Counted from the stretch's first letter, positions 38,561-51,675 are shown. The stretch is DNA of 64,000 bases from Squalus acanthias (GCA_030390025.1 CM059432.1:144834001-144898000); one strand, 5' to 3'. The notes: a model not told the origin generated them from the sequence alone. Program-made: numbers and translations.

Positions 38561-39369
38561 TGGACATGGCCATCTTGCAGTCACTTTGAGTACTGGGTTA
38601 TAAATGAAGGCAACCAGAAACCTGTCATTTCCCACTCCCACTTTTTTGAGAAATGGAATTAAAGTTTATTGTATTTACAAATTAACTATTCATATTAATA
38701 TAATTGTGAAATAATTGACAAGTAAACTAATATATACTGAAGTAACTTTTTGCAATTTTACTTAACATGTAAATGTCATGTTTCATCAAGTCGGTAACTT
38801 GCAATCTGTCAGGATTAACTCCCCTAACCGAGCTAAATCAGTCAGGTTACCAGTGACACAACATGCAGCTGTCGGCCAACGATGGTAACTCTCTGCCATC
38901 AGCAAGAATCTTAATTTGCATTCAATTTAGAAAACAAAGTTTTCTACTTTCTTTGTTGTCTCCATTTACCATGAATAACTTTGTCTTCAGGAAGAAGGAT
39001 CGTCTCATTTGCTTGGGGTCCAAAGTAGAGGACTCAAAGTTTCTATTTGCGGCCAAAATTGGTGACATCAAAATTAGGGGTAAATCTTGGCATTTTACCC
39101 ATTTTGAATCTCCCCAAAATTATCAATAGGAAATGTGGAATGGTGTGATATAGGTCACAACCACATCCACTTCTTGGCAGCTTCCATTGTTACTACCTGC
39201 ATCAACCATACCAATTTTTAGCAATCTCAGATATGGCAACACGGAGAGATTCACATTATTTAAAACAATCTTTAAATAAGGATCATAGTTTTCTATGGAA
39301 GCGTGAGCTATTGTGCAGAATGGTATCCCACATCTGTACTTATCTGTGAACTGTATTAACTTTACATAC

Positions 39370-39553
39370 CTGAGGTGTATGGCAAGAAGCAGCTTGGATT
39401 GTATTCCAGCTTTTTCATGAAGCGAAGCTGGCCATTTTCCTTAAAGCAGAAGAGGTTTCTCTCACCAAGTACTAATATAGAGGAAGCAGCTTGATTGAAT
39501 GACACTATGCATATGTCTAATGCTTGTTCACCAATGTTCACCATCCAGTCTCT
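39370..39553 (-). CDS. BBS9: BBS9 coding exon (184 nt; ~exon 8)
   Basis: ttgcag|AGA GAC TGG...TCA G|gtatgt; RDWMVNIGEQALDICIVSFNQAASSILVLGERNLFCFKENGQLRFMKKLEYNPSCFLPYTS. Confidence 0.96.
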
Positions 39554-40464
39554 CTGCAAACACAATAAGATGCACAATAGGTCAAAATGTAAGCAGCAAG
39601 AAAACTTGCCAAGGTGGTCTCCAGGCTCGCTGCTTCGTTTTCAACTCAATACACTTGCTACAGATTGTTACACATACCCTCATGGGTCTTAGCTATGTTT
39701 ATTTTTTTCATGTTACATGCAGAAGGCTATTGCAATAGTCTCTCTTTTGTACATCTATGGAATTAGCAAAACATGCACCAAAGTCATGACAAATGAAACC
39801 TTAAAGCAACAAAAGTTAACTTTATACATACCAGAAGACAAATGTTCATCAACCTTAAAAACAAGCTAACCTTAAAATACATTAACTGCTTTTCTGAAAT
39901 TCTATGCTCAGAATGTGACAATATGTACAGGATAAAACTAAGAGCTATATCAATACATCCACTGCAGATTTACAGTCACTACAGATTAGAAGTTTTAGGA
40001 GCACAATTGTGTTAGTCAATAGAAAGGCTGGGCACAATAAACCACTAAGACTGATATGTGACATTGGACTGGGACATCTAGAGCTGGGCCATGTTATCCC
40101 TTCGCCTCATCGAAGGCCGATGTCCATCACAAAGCCATTAAGAAAACTCCAAGACTTGGGACAACAGTAGCTGAAAGGTGCAATTTGGTGGTCAGGTTAA
40201 CATGCGCTCATATAGGCTGAGCTTAATGCCTACCATGATTGGTGTAGGATAATGTGTTATCTAATAAGTTAACAGCTTGGCATAGGCAAAGGGTATCACG
40301 GGGTAGTTAGCATTGAGGGCTACAGTAAAGGAGGAAACCACAGACATACATTCCATGTGATTCAGTTTTAGAACATCTATGAGAAATAATGAAAAATAGC
40401 TTAATACAGAAGTTGTAGCAATGTGTGAATATTATGAATTTATTCTGTGTGACATAGACTAACA

Positions 40465-40935
40465 CATAGAATCATAGAATAGTACAGCACAGAAAGAGGC
40501 CATTTGGCCCATCGAGTCCGCGCTGGCTATTTCAAAGAGCAATCCAGTTAGTCCCACTCCCCGGCTTCAGACCCATATCCCTGCAAATTTTTCTCCTTCA
40601 AGTATTAATCCAATTCCCTTTTGAAGGCTACTATTGAATCTGTATCCACCAGCCTATCAGGCAGTGCATTCCAAATCCTAACCACTTGTTGCGTAAAAAC
40701 GTTGTTCCTCATGTCACCTCTGGTTCTTTAGCCAATCACCTTGAATCTGTGCCCTCTGGTTATCGACCAGTCAGCCATTGGAAACAGTTTCTCTTTATTT
40801 ACTCTATCTAAACTTTTCATGATTTTAAACACCTCTATCAAATCTTCTCTTGTCCTTCTCTGCTCTAAGGAGAACAACCCCAGCTTCTCCAGTCTATCCA
40901 CGTAACTGTAATCCCTCATCCCTGAAACCATCCTG
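40465..40935 (-). mobile_element. CR1 3' end fragment (continues at ~41597-41655 beyond the Penelope remnant)
   Basis: RLEKLGLFSLEQRR...TRGHRFK; ttctatgattctatg tail. Confidence 0.85.
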
Positions 40936-40936
40936 A

Positions 40937-41596
40937 ATGTCCGGGGCTGTCGGGGAACACTTCAGCAGTCAAGGACATTCAGCCTCCGATCTTCGGATAA
41001 GTGTTCTCCAAGGCGGCCTTCGAGACATCGACAACGCAAAATCATCGAGCAGAAACTGATAGCCAAGGTCCACACCCATGAGGACGGCCTCAACCGGGAT
41101 CTTGGGTTCATGTCACGCTACATGTAACCCCACCTGACGTAGAGTCATCGCTGGCTTGTTCTCTCTACACAGATGCGGCCTGCTGTAATTTCCAGCAAAA
41201 AAAAGTTTTAAAAAATTGTGTTTTCCATACAGACTCCAGCAGCTGCTACATTTGACCCATTGTGACCCCACCTCATTGTCTTTGTTGTATTTTGCTATCG
41301 TCTTTGATGTAATGTCTTCCTGACTGACCTGGTTGGACACCATCCACACCTTTGATTGCCGTGATTGTCTCTCTGCCGAGGTGTGATAAAGGGCAGTTAG
41401 AAAGATTAACTGTAGTCGTCTGGCATTGTTCTCTGACTATATATGCTGTGCCCATATGTATTTCTTCACTTCACCTGACGAAGGAGCAGCGCTCCGAAAG
41501 CTTGTGATTTCAAATAAAGCTGTTGGACTATAACCTGGTGTTGCGCGACTTCTCACTTTTGTCCACCCCAGTCCAACACCGGCATCTCCGCATCAT
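40937..41596 (+). mobile_element. Penelope-like element 3' remnant (GIY-YIG C-terminus plus terminal repeat)
   Basis: VGEHFSSQGHSASDLRISVLQGGL...EQKLIAKVHTHEDGLNRDLGF (one frameshift) matches the PLE GIY-YIG C-terminal pattern; sits between two parts of a minus-strand CR1. Confidence 0.8.
41471..41507 (+). ncRNA. Minimal type I hammerhead ribozyme motif (PLE-associated)
   Basis: UCAC-CUGACGA-A-GGAGC-AGC-GCUCC-GAAA-GCUU-GUGA: conserved core, stem I UCAC/GUGA, stem II GGAGC/GCUCC. Confidence 0.75.
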
Positions 41597-44007
41597 GTCT
41601 ATTTATAAAGCCCAGGATGCCACATGCTTTATTAACTGCTTTGTTAGCCTGTCTTTGCTAACATGATTTAGATTAAGGCACTCCATCTCAGGCAAACAAA
41701 AACTTACCTGCGTGAATTTCTCAGCAGCTTGGATTGGAAACAGTTAACCAGGGTGATTGTATTACACATATGGAAACCTCTCAAAATAACCCCCAAAAAA
41801 TTGCTCAGCAAAGCAAACCTACGCCTATAAATAAATGGCGAACAGCACTTAAATATAGGCTTTTATACATCATGGGAAAACATTCCAAAACACAGTAACA
41901 GAAATCAGTACTGTCTGCAACATCACAGAAAACAGAGATTATAGACACAACACATAAAAGTCAAATTTTGATAAAGTACCAAGTTCTGCAACAATAACAC
42001 AGACACTAGCTACCACAATGAAAGGGAGCCTTGCAAACACTGATCAAACTATCTCAACAAAAAACAATCACAGTGCTCAACTTCCACCGAGAAAGAATAC
42101 AGGCACACAGTACAAATTAATTAATTTACAAAAGACAAATCATTAGAAGAAAATTAATATCCTTGCTAAGATCCAGGGCTTCAGCACAGTACTAGCGGAG
42201 TGCTGCATCATTGCAGGTGCCACCTTTGCTTGCTGAGCTAGTGTCCTGGCCAACATCCCTCCCTATACAATACCATAAAAGTGAATTATCTAGTTACTCT
42301 TTTGCTGTTTGTTGGACCTTGCTGTGTGCACATCACTGCCACATTTGCCTACATACTGCATTTCTGAAGTAATTCATTGATTGTAGTTTGCTTTGGGATG
42401 TCCTGAGGACTTAAGGCACTGCTTAAATGCAGTTTCTTCTTTCCTTCTAAGCCGAGGGATTCATTCACATCTCAGACCAAAAATGTCAAACATTTCTACC
42501 CGACCCATTGATCTGAATTGTGTAACAGCTGATGAGAGCCACAAGCACAGCCTGAAACAATCTTTAAATAAGCACAGCTCAACAACACTGAAGACCAGAA
42601 AACTAAGAAATTAATTAGAAGATAAATTTACACACTTTTCTATTTAAGAGTGGGCGGTAGGATAATTGTTCCAGAAAATGTGAAACCAGCCAACAGAATT
42701 CTTTGCAGCTTCCTTCGGCCTTATTAAGAATTAACTGTACCTCCTACTTTAGTAACATCAACAAATTTCAACATCACTCCCTCTCGGCCTAGATCTATGC
42801 CTACATAAAATCAGCAAAAAAGTGTTAAACACTCTTGCATAGGAACAGGAGGAGGCCATTCAGCCCATCGAGCCTGTTCCGCCATTCAATTACATCATGG
42901 CTGATCTGTATCTGAACTTCATCTACCCGCCCTGGTTCTGTAATCCTCAATACCCTTGCCTAATAAAAATCTATCAATCGCAGTTTTTAAACTTTCAATT
43001 GACCCCCAGCTTCAACAGCTTTTTAGGGGAGAAAGCTCTGGATTGCCACCACACTTTGTGTGAAGAAGTGCTTCCTGACATCACCCCTGAACGGCCTAGC
43101 TCTAATTTTAAGGCCATGCCCCCCTTGTTCTGGACTTTCCCACCAGAGGAAATAGTTTCTCACTATCTACCTTAATCTTACATTAACTTAACCATTTGGA
43201 AGTCTATCCTTAAGGATTAGCCTAATTTCAGCACCACTTTCACGTCATCAATGTTTCCCTTATGTCCCAGCAACCAAATCTCAACACAGTACTCAGGGAT
43301 CTATACAGTTTTAGCACAACATATTCTGATTTGTATTTACCTAACCCAGCAATATAATTAAGCATTCTATTCCCTGTGTTGCTGCCCTTCCCACGTTACC
43401 AGCAGCTATTTCTACACCATCCATAGTATGCTAATGAAGTCCATTTCTCCTTCCAGTATCTTCCACGTGTTTGTATTGAATCTGATCCGCCTCTGATTTA
43501 TCAAAGTCCTTTTGTAAGTCTCCAACTGTTTCCTCCAAATGCCCTCCCAGTTTAGTATCGTCTGTAAATTTGACCAGTTTGCATTGGGTTTCTGAATCCA
43601 AGTTGATGTGGCTTTCTACGGTCCACTTATCATTTCCTCTAAAAGTAAGGAAGTTTACTCAAATAAGATCTCCTCCTTCTAAAACCATTTTGGCCAGTAT
43701 TTATTAAATCATTCTCAAATAGGAAATCCTCAACTTTGCTCCTGATAACCAATTCCATTATTTTTCCAGATACTCATGTTGGGCACCTGCAGACCCATCA
43801 GTCGAAGTTAATTTGTCCCCTTTTATTTGAATGTAGGTATTATATTAGCTTATTTCCAACATTCAGTGACTCCTTCATAATAATGGTCAGCACTTCATAA
43901 ATCTTATCCTTAGTCTTTCTCACCGCCTGAGATAAATATCATGCACCCTTGGAGATTTACTTGTTTTAAGCTGTTTGAGCCTGCTTAAATCAGTCACCTT
44001 GTTTATG

Positions 44008-44722
44008 TCAAAATTTGGTTGATTTGCGCCTCCCGTTAGCGTCCTAACAGGGCGCTAACGGGGCACAAAGCAACTAGAGCTTGGGTGCGGCACCGCCAAC
44101 GCCTCCCACGAAATTCAGCGGGAGGTTAGCGGCGGCGGTAACCGTTAGCGCCCCGTTTCGCCAGCTATGACGTCATCGCCGTGCGCAGCGCCCCGCTCAC
44201 GCCCTGGCTGCGATCTTCGGTAGCGCCCCGTGACTTACCGCCGGACGTTATGTCCGACGGGGTCAGGGGGGCCTACCTGCAGCCGGGGCAGCACTAATTA
44301 AAGGGAAGGTGCCGGGCGGCCATTTTTGTTGCTGGCCGCCTGCCGGCACCTGCCCGTTTTGCCGTCCCCGGCCTTCTGAGCAGCCCCCCCCCCGCGGAGT
44401 GCAGGCTGCGCTCCGTGAGTCCGGCACTTCTCGAGTGCCAGGTTCTTTTGCCGGCACTCCGATCCCTGGTGGCCCAGCTGGGCCCCAGGTCACGCTGCGC
44501 TAGGCCCCTCCCCTTTAATAAGGGGAGGAAGGCCTGTGGTACCGCGACGCAATGTGCCGCGATATTCACTCACAGTGCCCCAAGAGGGAGGCGGGGCGCT
44601 TCCAGTAGTGCCCCACCTCCCTCTTGGGGCGCTACCGGTGAATTTCGGGCGTGGGGGCACTAACTTTTTCGGGGCGCTGCGAAGTTAGCGCCCCAAAGGG
44701 GGCGCGACCCAATTTTTCCCCC
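44008..44722. mobile_element. GC/CpG-rich MITE-like element (related element at 36398-36850)
   Basis: Repeated AGCGCCCC/GGGGCGCT motifs; internal CCTCCCCTTTAA..AAGGGGAGG hairpin shared with ~36627; right end CCAATTTTTCCCCC. Confidence 0.65.
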
Positions 44723-44904
44723 TATAAATCTACATGGATTATTTCCATTAATACTGGGCATGTTACTGTTGTCGTATTCATTGACTAGGTTAACTACTCT
44801 GCACTCAACAACTACTCAACAATAACTTGCTCATCCTCAGTTTCACCTTATTGGCATCCTTTAAGGTTCTGACCTCTTCCCTGCCTGTCCTCTTGCTGTT
44901 ATAC

Positions 44905-45212
44905 GAACTTGCATTTATATAGTGTCTTTCACAACCTCAGGACGTCCCAAAGTGCTTCACAGCCAATGATGGGCTTTTTGAAGATTAGTTACTGTTGTAA
45001 TGCAGGGAAACGTGGCAGCCAATTTGTGCACAGCAAGCTCCCAAAAATAGCAATGTGATAATGATCAAATAATCTGTTTTTAGTGATGTTGGTTGAGGGA
45101 TAAATATAAACACCGGGGAGAACTGCCTAGTCTTATGGGATCTTTTACAGCCATCTGAGAGGGCAAACTCAGTTTAACATCTCATCCGAAGACGGCACCT
45201 CCGACAGTGCAG
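44905..45212 (-). mobile_element. DeuSINE-like SINE (AmnSINE1/SacSINE1-type central domain with L2-like tail)
   Basis: Minus strand gcactgtcggaggtgccgtcttcggatgagatgttaaac...gatcccat...ggctgccacgtttcc...tttgggacgtcctgagg...ataaatgcaagtt, recalled as the Deu domain. Partial copies at ~1580-1760, 2630-2830, 27990-28175, 42195-42445 and 56320-56425. Confidence 0.7.
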
Positions 45213-45751
45213 GAACCAGAAGATTTTTTATCTGTTGTATTTAGCATCTACAGTATCTCAATTTCCATTTCCCTCTTTGCCCATCCAAAAACCCTTTTGA
45301 CATACTTCTGACATTTCCTGTAATCTCCCCGTGGCACACCCTTCCCCCCCTCCCCTAATTTCTGCAGGATTTGTGAAGCTCATTTTTCTTCATTTCCCCT
45401 CCGATTGTCTGTTTGATCCATTCAGTTGTTTGTTTTTTTACTCTATATTTTCCCTGCATCTTCCTCGGCATGCCTCTGAAGGCATTCCATTTGTCCTCTA
45501 CCAAGATGTGAAAAAATAACCTCTCCCGATTATTTTTAGTCCTTCCCTTGTACCTTCACGCTGGTCTCTTTAAAATTGTAAGCCTTGATGTGGGTCGTCG
45601 GTGGCATCAAATGCAAAAATCACTTGAATTTAATCACATTGCAGTTGCCATCACCCAAAGGTGCCAAATCTTGTTTAGTGGACAACTGCACAGCGCAACT
45701 GGCAGACTGATTGCTTTTTGGAAAAACAAAGACTAAAAGCACAGGCCTCAC

Positions 45752-45836
45752 CGTTAGTCTCTTCCCAGATCCTAATTTCTGCTGCTCAGAATCTTCTCTG
45801 GTTTCTGCATCTGTGGCAACAGCTAGCACCTGGTAC
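45752..45836 (-). CDS. BBS9: BBS9 coding exon (85 nt; ~exon 7)
   Basis: catcag|G TAC CAG...CTA ACG|gtgag; YQVLAVATDAETREDSEQQKLGSGKRLT. Confidence 0.96.
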
Positions 45837-47138
45837 CTGATGAGGGAGAAAAAAATACCATGTCTTAAATCAGTATAACGGACATGCCCACAGCAACATT
45901 TTTTCTGATTATGCCTCCGACGTGCTTAGCAACATTTGTCAATGTTAAAGGCGCCATTTAAATGCGAGTTGTTGATGTTATTTGGGGCTCACAGACCCGA
46001 AGCCATTTTCAATAACAGCATATGCACCATGTATTCATGTTTAAAAGAAAGTACAATCTAAAGCCAGAGACTTTTGCAGCACAGTAAGCGGACATTTGGC
46101 AGATCACGTCTGTGCCAGCTCTTTGCTCGAGCAATCAAAATGAATCCCACTACCCTGCGCTCTCCCCAAAGCCATGTAGCTTCCTCTGCTTTAAATATTT
46201 ATCCAATTTTCCCCCTGAAGGATACAATGGTTTGTACCTCAGCCACTCTGTGGCAAAGCATTCTGTGCTCCAACATCCACCCACAAAGAAATTTCTAGCT
46301 TCACTCCTCACTCTCTTAGTAACAATTTTAAATTGATGACCCCCTCACCACTAACTCCTCAACCAGAGTAAATAGTTTTTCCCTACTCACACCATGAAAT
46401 CCCTTCATAACTTTATAAACCTCTGTTAAATCTTCTTTGATAAGGTTCCGCATAAGAGATTATTAGCAAAACGGAGAGCTCACAGAATAGATGATATACT
46501 TTATATATATTTATTCCACGTTTAATTATTCCATATTTTAACACAGATATCTACAGCCCTTTAAGATATGTTCCCACATTAAAGGCACTATAGAAATGCA
46601 AAGGTTGTTGTTTTTAATAACAGGTGTTCTACTTTCTTTATAGTTGGCTACATTTTCTTTTAACATGGAGTATAAGTCCTGAGGTTATAGTATGTTGGTC
46701 CTTAGAAATAATGTGGCTATAGTGTCAGAAAATTCACAAATCTTTTTATCGTCATAAAATTTGTAAGTGACCTGGAGAAGGAAATACTCCCCAATGGCGT
46801 GACCAGGGGAGAGTTTGGGCAGTATGTGCATTAAGAGTAATTCATAGAATAATTAAATATTCATGTCGTAATTTATGTCTGCTGTCAAAAAAAATAACCA
46901 AATCAATTCACACTCAATAACACAAGCTTCCTAAGTACATTAGCAGCTACACCAGCCCAAACCACAACAGCTACACACACAGGGGAAGTTGGTTTCTTCA
47001 TTGTTATTTCCTAAACATAATGTACATATTAATTATTAACTGTGCATTAAAGTAGAAAGAAAATCCATTTGGGGTTAATTGATCTTTTTCTCTTCAATGT
47101 ATTATATACACGAAAGACAAGAAATATATTGGACTCAC

Positions 47139-47313
47139 TTGTAGTTTTCAACTTGCCGACTTGAGGACACAGTAATGAAGGAATCTGTCCTTGAGCTGTA
47201 TTTCAGTGGGCCTGGCAAAAGGCAACCAGGCAAGAAACGCCCAAAAGCAAAGCTTTCCTGCTCAAAGAACATCAGCATCCCATCCATAGACTGAATGCAA
47301 ATCAAGTCTCGAC
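47139..47313 (-). CDS. BBS9: BBS9 coding exon (175 nt; ~exon 6)
   Basis: cttag|GT CGA GAC...TAC AA|gtgag; GRDLICIQSMDGMLMFFEQESFAFGRFLPGCLLPGPLKYSSRTDSFITVSSSRQVENYK. Confidence 0.97.
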
Positions 47314-47739
47314 CTAAGTTTAAAAAAAACACATTGGAATGATATCCCATAACACAATAGCCAGAGCGTATTACATTATTACTATCACATTGAATCTGTC
47401 TTCAGAACTTTTACCTCTCTCTCCCTCAGGACAAAGGGTTAGAAGGCAGACAAGCAGAATGTAAATCATAGACAGTTTCAGAAGTGTAAAGGCCAATAGA
47501 GAATTAAGGAAAAGGAGTGAGGGAGAGAGGGGGAGTGGGAGAGAGATATGGAAAAACAGATGTAAAAAAAAAACACTGAAGGAAATAACTGGTTGTAAAA
47601 AATAATTAGGGTTTGTCACTAAATTGTCGGAGTTAGAAATGGAAATTCAGATTTTTCCATTGTGTAAGTTAGAAGCATGGGGAGCCCAGCCATAACACAA
47701 CAAAACAGCTAAATAGATGATGATCACACTCCCTCTGAG

Positions 47740-47835
47740 ATCTAACTCCACCTTCACCTTTGTTACCTTTTAATCAACATCACTCCATGACCCGACGATA
47801 GGGTTCCCCTTGTCCTCACCTTTCACCCCACCAGC
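47740..47835 (+). mobile_element. Short Penelope-like ORF fragment
   Basis: gatagggttccccttgtcctcacctttcaccccaccagc = DRVPLVLTFHPTS, a typical PLE RT-to-endonuclease linker motif. Confidence 0.5.
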
Positions 47836-48426
47836 AAGGCACAAGTCAGGAGTGTGATGGCATACTCAAGAGTGGGAGTGGTGGAAGCAGCAATGCTTTA
47901 TATGGAGACACAGCAGAACCAAGAGGTCCATTGGGAGAGGAGGGGGACCAGAAAACATTGGGTAAGTCACTAGGGTTACGAGGATTGGTAATCCCAAGCA
48001 TGAAGGGCATTGGAGTTTCTTGCTCCCTCAAACGACACCAGGTAGACACTAATCTTATAGTTTCCAAGGGAGAAATGCTTCTGGAGGCCCAAGTTTGGCT
48101 TCTCAATTTCAGTGCTCACAATTGCAACCTATCCAAGTCTTCAGTAAAAGCTGATGGTACTGTAGTTATTTTTTTTTAATTGAACAGGTACTTTGAGTAT
48201 TTTTGCAGATAAGGAAAACTAGCAGGTGGTGCTTTGTAATATCACTTTAGTGGTGTAATATCATATCAGTGAAAATGTGACTCTTATTTCCACTATTATT
48301 CCCAGACATAACGTTACAAGGCTGCTTGTAACCGTTAAGAACATGAAAATAATGCAAGTCATTTATCAAATTACACAACCCATTTTAGGCCTCTACTGGA
48401 CCTAGAAGCATAAGTCACTGCATTCA

Positions 48427-51400
48427 TTTTTTAAATTATTCGTTCACAGGATATGGGCATCGCTGGCAAGGCAAGCATTTATTGCCCATCGCTAATTGCC
48501 CTCGAGAAGGTGGTGGTGAGCCGCCTTCTTGATCCGCTGCAGTCCATATGGTGAAGGTACACCCACAGTGCTGTTAGGGAGGGAGTTCCAGGATTTTGAC
48601 CCAGCGACTATGAAGGATTTATTTCCAAGTCAGGATGATGTGTGACTTGCAGGGGAACTTGCAAGTGGTGGTGTTCCCATGCACCTGATGGGCTTGTCCT
48701 TCTAGGTGGTAGAGGTCGTGGGTTTAGAAGGTGCTGTCGAAGAAGCCTTGGCAAGTTGCTGCAGTGCATCTTGTAGATGGTACACACTGAAGTCACGGTG
48801 CGTCGGTGGTGGAGGGAGTGAATGGTTAAGGTGGTGGATGGGGTGCCAATCAAACTGGCTGCTTTGTCCTGGATGGTGTCGAGCTTCTTGAGTGTTATTG
48901 GAGCTGCACTCATCCAGGCAAATGGAGAGTATTCCATCACACTCCTGACTTGTGCCTTGCAGATGGTGGAAAGGATTTGAGGAGTCAGGAGCTGAGACAC
49001 TCACCGCAGAATACCCAGCCTCTGACCTGCTCTTGTAGCCACAGTATTTACGTGGCTGGTCCAGTTAAGTTTCTCGTCAATGGTGACCCCCAGGATGTTG
49101 ATGGGGGGGGGATTCAACGATGGTAATGCCATTGAATGCCATGGGGTGATGGTTAGTCGCTCGCTTGTTGGAGCTGGTCATTGCCTGGCACTTGTGTGGC
49201 ATGATGGTTACTTGCCACTTTTCAGCCCAAGCCTGAACGTCGTCCAGGTTTTGCTGCATGCAGGCACGAATTGCTTCATTATCTGAGGAGTTGCAAATGG
49301 AACTGAACACTGTGCAATCATTAGAGAACATCTCCACTTCTGACCCTATTATGGAGGGAAGATCATTGATGAAGCAGCTGAAGATGGTTGGGCTTAGGAC
49401 ACTGCCATGAGGAACTCCTGCAGCGATGTCCTGGGGCTGAGATGCCTCCAGCAACTACAACCATCTTCCTTTGTGCTAGGTATGATTCCAACCACTAGAC
49501 AGTTTTCCCCTGATCCCCATTGACTTCAATTTTACTAGGGCTCCTTAATGCCACACTCGGTCAAATGCTGCCTTGATGTCAAGGGCAGTCACTCTCACCT
49601 CACCTCACCTCTGGAATACAGCTCTTTTGTCCATGTTTGGACCAAGGCTGTAATGAGGTCTGGAGGCGAGTAGTCCTGGCAGAACCCAAACTGAGCATCG
49701 GTGAGCAGGTTATTGGTGATTAAGTGCTGCTTGATTGCACTGTCGACGACACCTTCCATCACTTTGCGGAAGATTGAGAGTCAACTGACAGGGCAGTAAT
49801 TGGCCGGATTGGATTTGTCCTGCTTTTTGTGGACAGGACATACCTGGGCAGTTTTCCACATTGTCGGATAGATGCCAGTGTTGTAGCTGTACTGGAACAG
49901 CTTGGCTAGAGGCGCGGCTAGTTCTGGAGCACAAGTCTTCAGCACGATAGCCGGGATGTTGTCGGAGCCCATAGCCTTTGCTGTATCCAGTGCGCTCAGC
50001 CATTTCTTGATTTCACGTGGAGTGAATCGAATTGGCTGAAGACTGGCTTCTGTGATGGTAGGGTCCTTCGGAGGAGGCCGAGATGGATCATCCACTCAGC
50101 ACTTTTGGCTGAAGATGGTTACGAATCCTTCAGCCTTGTTTTTTGCACTCGCGTGCTGCGCTCTGCCATCATTGTGGATGGGGATATTCATGGAGCCTCC
50201 TCCTCCCGTTAGTTGGTTAATTGTCCATCACCATTTATGACTGGATATGGCAGGACTACAGAGCTTTGATCTGATCCGTTGGTTGTGGGATTGCTTAGCT
50301 CTGTCTATAGAATGCTGTTTCCGCTGTTTAGCATGCATGTAGTCCTGTGTTGTAGCTTCACCAGCTTGGCACTTGATTTTTTGGTATGCCTGGTGCTCCT
50401 CCTGGCATGCTTTTCTACACTCCTCATTGAACCAGGTTGGTCTCCTGGCTTGATGGTAATGGTAGAGTGAGGGATATGCCAGGCCACGAGGTTACAGATT
50501 GCGGTGGAATACAATGCATGAACAGTTTTGAGCTGCTAGATCTGTTCTGAATCTATCCCATTTAGCATGGTGGTAGTGCCACACAACACGATGGAGAGTG
50601 TCCTCAGTGTGAAGACGGGACTTCATCTCCACAAGGACTGTGCGGTGGTCAGTCCTACCAATACTGTCACGGACAGATGCATCTGCGACAGGTAGATTGG
50701 TGAGAACGAGGTTAAGTAGGGTTTTTCCCTCATGTTGGTTCTCTCACCACCTGCTGTGGGCCCAGTCTGGCAACTATGTCCTTCAGGACTCAGCCAGCTC
50801 GGTCCGTAGTGGTGCTGCCAAGCCACTCTTGGTGATGGACATTGAAGTCCCCCACCCAGAGTACGTTCTGTGCCCTTGCTACCCTCAGTGCTCTTCCAAG
50901 TGGTGTTCAACATGGAGGAGTACTGATTCATCAGCTGAGGGAGGGTAATAGGTGGTAATCAGCAGGTTTCCTTGCCCATGTTTGACCTGATGCCACGAGA
51001 CTTCATGGGGTCAGAAATCAATGTTGAGGACTCCCTCCCGGCTGTATACCACTGTGCCGTCACCCAGGGAAGGCGATGGTGGAGTCTGGGACATTGGCTG
51101 AAAGGTATGATTTTGTGAGTATGACTATGTCAGGCTGTTGCTTGACTGTGGGACTGCTCTCCAAATTTTGGCACAAGTCCCCAGATGTTAGTAACGAGGA
51201 CTGGTTGTGCCTTTGTTGTATCCGGTGCCTAGGTCAATGCCAGGTGGTCCGTCCAGTTTTATTCTTAGTATATTTCTTTGTAGCGGTTTGGTACAACTGA
51301 GTGGCTTGTTAGGCCAGTTCAGAGAGCTGGTAAGAGTCAACCACATTGCTGTGGGTCTGGTGTCACATATCGACCAGACCAGGTAAGCAGATTTCCTTCC

Positions 51401-51675
51401 CTAAAGGACATTAGTGAACCAGATGATATTACGACAATCCTGTAATTTCATGGTTATTAGTTTTTTATTCCAGATTTATTTAATCTTTTGGCTGAAGATG
51501 GTTGCAAATGCTTCAGCCTTGTCTTTTGCACTTACGTGCTGGGCTCCGCCACCATTGAGGATGGGAATGTTCATGGAGCCTGAATTTAAATTTCCCACAT
51601 CAATTTAAATTCTCACATCTCCGGATCATTAGTCCAGGCCTCTGGATTACTAGTCCAGTAACATAACCACTACAT
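48427..51675 (-). mobile_element. Degenerate CR1/L2-group-like LINE (APE + RT) with tRNA-derived 5' head
   Basis: APE start TNIWGLVPK...QQPDIVILT near 51200-51110; RT pieces KAMGSDNIP...KQDKSNPANY, GVPHGSVLSPTIFSCFINDLP, YKAQVRSVMEY-like; 5' and 3' ends shared with 6068-6464. Confidence 0.85.
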
